DNA of 64,000 nucleotides from Nemertoderma westbladi (taxonomy: Eukaryota > Animalia > Xenacoelomorpha). Within the stretch, counting starts at the first letter, position 1; each line of letters opens with the position of its first letter. The stretch is from contig JAUCBJ010000576.1 in assembly GCA_032718475.1 (NCBI GenBank), positions 21,582 through 85,581 on the forward strand, written 5' to 3'. The translations under genes were made by a program, and so were the position numbers. The notes under the pieces are model-generated. The model was given only the letters and a program-made list of their open reading frames with translations. It had not been told where the DNA came from and searched no databases. Below, in pieces: positions 59,097 to 64,000 of the stretch.

Positions 59097-60569
59097 TAGT
59101 CCTGCACCACAATGTAGAACATTCGTGTATGAATATATGCGAAATAGTAATTCATAAAAATTATTCCTATATAAATACTAAATATATATTTTTTTAAATA
59201 CTGTATATAAGTATCGCATCGGCTGCGCACCGACTTATGAGATATTTATTATGTCCCATGTAGATAATGAATAGTTAATAAATTTAATAAAATAGCCTCG
59301 CGCAGAATATTAATATTGGAATTTTCGAAACCCATATTATGCTGTATCAGCTCTCTCAGGCCTACATACGCCAGGATGGTAGACAAGGTTCCTGTAATAA
59401 TATACATACTCACTTAAAACTTAAAAATGATGCATCATCTCAGTAGTATATTTCAGTAGTACCGGTAACATATCATTCCCATAACCCAGCACTACCTTAC
59501 AGGCTTGACGACTGACACTTACTGCCTCCGTGGATTCACTATATATTTTAGTGGCGAGAGGAACAGTTGTTATCAGCCATGGACATTCATGAAACGCCTT
59601 CGTTAACGTCATAATGCTGAACTATTGGGGAAGTAATTGGCCGATCGAGAGCTGTGTGGGGCAGTTGCATTTTCAAGAAAGGCAGCCTGCAGGCTGTAAA
59701 TCTTACTGATGATATGGCCACTTTGTATCTGTATACAATATGTACCTGGCAGCTAGCCATGTACAATTAGAGTGCAACATAGAGTACAGTATGTTCTACA
59801 TATATATGCGTGTCTATTGTCTACAGTATAAACACTACAGTACTGTAGTAGATAATATTTCAATATTAGTTATTTTGTTAGTGATCATGTAAATAATATA
59901 GCCCGTAGCACTAAAAATATAAGAATTCATGAAATGAAAGGAAAGTATATGGAGCTTGTCTAATTAACCAAATTACCTTTAACTGTAATATTTCGCCCAT
60001 GTATACAAATAAGAAACATTATTATGCCCGTAGTACCAATACTGATCAATTTTTGAATATACTGTATGTTTTTATTATTGAATAATTAGAAAGCAATTTT
60101 GAATAATGGGCCTCCAAAATGATCAGTATATTGAGTATATGAAATACACCCGTATATATAAGTTGCTTAGTATTCAGTATAAACACTATAAACACAGATA
60201 GCATAGAATTTGAGAAATAGATAAAAACATTCCATCCAACTGCGGGCAGTTCCAGGCAACTAATTCCCACCAAACCAAGGCATGATGAGCTACCCACGCC
60301 ATATCGGCTGCTCTGTTACACATAAAATCAATAATTAACAAAAATAATTAATTTACGGTATACGATTGAATAAAGGCTTAAAGTAAAATATACCGATATC
60401 TGCTATCTACATAATAATTAGGAATGATAAAATCCCGGTCCTAATTAAATGAGCTATAATAATTTTTATAGTAACAACTATAATAGTTATTATATTTTTC
60501 AGTATTAATATATTTTTTGGTATTTTCGGTAAGGAATTATCTGTCTGTAAGGAATGTTTGTTAATAACG

Positions 60570-61210
60570 TATTCTGACAATAATGAAGCACATCACAACG
60601 TTAATATTTTCGATAGGGGGGTTTTCCTATACGGTGATTTCATTTCTGATTTTAGTTTTCATGTTTGGCGGAATCTAGTCTTTCTGTCTGTCTGTCGGTC
60701 TTTCTGTCTGCCTCTCTGTCCAATGTATACAACAGACAGACAAGATTCATCCAAACATGAAAACTGACATCAAAATTGAAATCACATACCAGAAATACCC
60801 CATTGCTAAAATATTAGTCACGTAGAAGGCTTTCTTATATTTTGACCGACAACAGAGAGAGACAGACAGACAAATAGACTGACAGCCAGACTAGATTCTG
60901 TCAAACATGAAAACGGTAGTCGGTAATGAAATGATCGACCAGGAAAACCCCCAAGTAGAAAATTTAAGCAAATTGGTGTGCTTTCTTATATTTGACAGAC
61001 AACAGACAGACTGACAGACAAACAGACATACTAGACTCTGACAAACATGAAAAATTACATCGGAAATAAATCACCGACCTGGAAAACCTCAAAGGTGAAA
61101 CTATTAGAAAATTTGTGTATACTTTATTATATTCTACATCCTAGAAGTGCAAAAGACGGACAAACAGACAATCGGACAGACCGACATGACATTTTAACAC
61201 TTGAAGTTAC
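60570..61210. repeat. About 145-bp degenerate repeats with (CAGA)n microsatellite, first unit inverted; possibly Helentron/DINE-like
   Basis: Recurrent caaacatgaaaa...gaaaacccc...tttcttatattt...acagacaga. The family call is a guess. Confidence 0.45.
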
Positions 61211-61294
61211 GTTTCTGAAAATCTGGTAGCTGGAAAGGTTGTAAAATTTTGATTTAGAAATATTATATTTTATTGTTATTTTGCTGATCTAAAT

Positions 61295-62410
61295 AGGATC
61301 TTTTTACAGAACACAAGCGAAAAACACCCCAACACAGTAGAACACACTAGAATACACCCCGAACATAGGCGAACACGGCAGAAATTAAAATCAGCACCAA
61401 TAAATAGCACACTGGGAAAAAGACCGGCTGAATTCATATAAATGTAAGAAAGCAATTACATTTTTTAATTAAATAGCTGTATTCTACATCCTCTAAAATA
61501 AATTACTCTTCGATATCTTGTAACCTGGAGAATTGTATTCCTACTGCTGTACTGTCACACCAGAGTGGTCAGGTACCGGTATGGGTGGTATCTGGTAATA
61601 AGGGCATGGTAATGCAGTAATGTTATTGCCATCGGTAGTGGTATATTGCATGAATATAATGAGAATGAAGTTCGTGAACATTATAGAGAATGTTGTTCTA
61701 CTAAGCACCCACTACTGTACTATAAAATTCTGCATTTCCGATACGGGCAACCGCGATGAACTTAGCAGAGTGCAGAGTGGAGAGCGCTACTAAAATTCCG
61801 AGAATACAGACTAAGACTTACTGTAGTAGGCTTAGTGTACCGGTAGTAGAGTTGTTTACTACTCCATCCCATCATTGGAATCTTTGGCATTAAAACTGTT
61901 GGATACTCTGGATATAAGGCAGATTGTATCGACGAATACCAATCAAGAAAACCATGAATAAAGAAGTCATCCACATGCTCAAGCATACCATCCTTTGAGC
62001 TTAGGCTCAGCCGGTCAGAGACTTACTGAGGACTTTCAAAGTTAACTGTCAAAATGTTGGTCTTTCTGAGTTTAGTTCCATTAAGTTAACGATTAGCGAT
62101 CGCCGATCGGCCGATACTGCCATATCGCCTAGGAAATACAGATGTCTTTATATTGTAGCAAGTGTAGAAAAGATCTATCGGTTCCTTGGACAAGTCTCTC
62201 TCTAATGTTAAGGATCTTCTTCTTTTGGTGCAATAATCTTAATAATACCGCACTGCCGGTGCCGTATAGTGTATATACCTGTATTATAGCAGTATAGTGT
62301 ATTTTTGGTGCTTATTTTAATTACTGCTGTGTTTGCCTATGTTCGGGGTGTTTTCTAGTGTGTTATACTGTATTCTTGTGTGTTCGCTTGTGTTCTGTAA
62401 AAAGAACTAT
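61295..62410. repeat. About 115-bp imperfect inverted repeats (61295-61410 and 62300-62410)
   Basis: ttttacagaacacaagcga...ccccgaacataggc...gcaccaa and its reverse complement. Confidence 0.7.
61955..62070 (-). mobile_element. RTE-like LINE fragment
   Basis: Reverse complement of about 40155-40265. Confidence 0.85.
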
Positions 62411-62739
62411 CCATCTAAATATGATTTCTACCTTTCACTAAACTTTATTTGCGTTTTTCTCAAAACACCACTTTTCTCCACGTGTCCTTTCTACTGCAAC
62501 CATCACATTCAGTACAGTTTAGGCCCAAGTCCTATACACCTATATATATAATATATTCAATAATTCAATAAGCAGGTGCGCATATTCCATCCAATTTGCG
62601 ATTTCTTTTAGCCGATATTTAAGTACGTACATTAAATATTCAATCAATACATAAATGTCGATCAATTCGACAATAAAGAGAATTGTACAGGCACCCAACG
62701 GGAGAATCTGTACAGCATCCTTCGAACCCATTGGAAGCA

Positions 62740-63390
62740 CAGGCGATGGGAATGGCTACATTAATCGATGCACTTAAGACCAGAATCGAGCTACCACCCG
62801 TAGAACCATTTAAATTCGACGGTGTGGTTTAGTTAACAACATACATTTAGTAAAGCCCACAAAGGAACTGCGTGATTGACATGTCTTTTATGAGACACAA
62901 GCAAGCCGGCCTGCCCAGCTTATGTAATTCAACCCATTAACTCAAGAGCCGAAGCAACAGACAGGCCCCTTCCCCATGTGGTGCCTCGCTCAACCAGAGT
63001 AATTATCCTTCCCGTACAGGAAGAGTAATGCTGAGTATGGCACAGTTGGAAGTCAACCTAACTCAAACCATGGCGCCAGACTCTAGTTTGAGTTAGATTG
63101 AGCTGGCTGCATCTTTCTGATTTCTCAACTCTTACCCCAGTCTTACCTACTGAAATTCTCCGTTGACTATCATTAGTAAAAGGTTTGAGAAATGATACCC
63201 AGTTTGAGAAATAATATTTAGAATGAGATAGGGACTGTAGGCCGGAAGAATACCTGCAATTTCGGCGCATGTACAGCAACGAGATATTAACTAAGAACCT
63301 GACGCAGGCGGAGTGCCTAAATTATCTACAGGTATATACAGGAGGCCCAGCGTACGACATCGTGAGGCAGTATCAGAATCAGGGCATCGA
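62740..63390 (+). pseudogene. BEL/Pao gag fragment interrupted by a MITE end (62823-63237)
   Basis: IELPPVEPFKFDG | RPEEYLQFRRMY...ECLNYLQVYTGGPAYDIV (DUF1759-like). Confidence 0.8.
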
Positions 63391-63391
63391 G

Positions 63392-63470
63392 CAGTGGCGG
63401 ATACAAGGGGGGGGGGGGGCTTGGGGGGCTCAAGCCCCCCCCCCCCCCCCCCCCCCCGAAATTTGGCAGC
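63392..63470 (+). mobile_element. Left end of a hAT-like MITE
   Basis: CAGTGGCGGATACAAGGGG...GGGGGCTCAAGCCCCCC terminus. The other end was not seen. Confidence 0.55.
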
Positions 63471-64000
63471 TTATATTTAAGTAACTCCATAGTGATGCAA
63501 TGTTACAGTTACAGCTATTACTTCTAGGATGTAGGACAGTGATTGTAGCGACAAGCGGGTTCATGGAGTACAGATTTAATTGCTGAATGGCTCCCGCGGG
63601 AAATTTGAATTTAACTTAAAGTTGCAATTTCGGCTCTAGGGCTAGGCCCACATTCAGATTGTCTGTACCTGTACCATACCGATTAACAGATTAAAAACTT
63701 GTTTCGGTTTCGGCTTTAGGCCTACTTTGTCGGATTGTCTGTACATTAAAGCGAATTTACGGTATTATTAATGTTATTTTTACCGGTAGGCTAACGTCTA
63801 ATTTATGTCATCCTCTTACTGTCTTAGCTATTATTACTATTAATATTCTTTGAATAGCTGGCAATGAATGTTTATCTAGTACAATGCACACTTACTGTAC
63901 TGTAAAATATAATTTCTGTAAATATCGTTACTGATATAAAGTTGATGATGTATGTGGTATCTTGTACTAATTACTACTCTACTATTATGTGAAGTTATCA

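Overview
Eukaryotic (animal-like) DNA made almost entirely of nested transposable elements. No host gene is recognisable. It contains three large BEL/Pao LTR retrotransposons on the minus strand, here BEL-A (<1-~13372), BEL-B (21013-32678) and BEL-C (34224-51732), plus remnants of three more. Other elements are a CRE-clade RT+restriction-like-endonuclease non-LTR element with a long 30-bp coding minisatellite, RTE-like LINE pieces, a piggyBac split by BEL-C, a foldback-like element hosting a solo LTR that hosts a palindromic MITE, other MITE/hAT ends, and two local duplications. The strongest signal is that BEL-B and BEL-C have no tRNA primer-binding site. In each, the first 12 nt after the 5' LTR are perfectly complementary to a 12-mer about 410-420 nt inside its own LTR, although the two LTRs show no similarity I could see by eye. 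This suggests tRNA-independent, self-encoded priming. Second, BEL-C carries about 3.6 kb of non-Env accessory coding sequence after pol (zinc finger, CCHC knuckle, basic tail) that is conserved in a diverged element at 19121-19606. Third, BEL-A carries a 17-nt motif repeated about every 2 kb regardless of reading frame. All alignments were done by eye and no searches were run.
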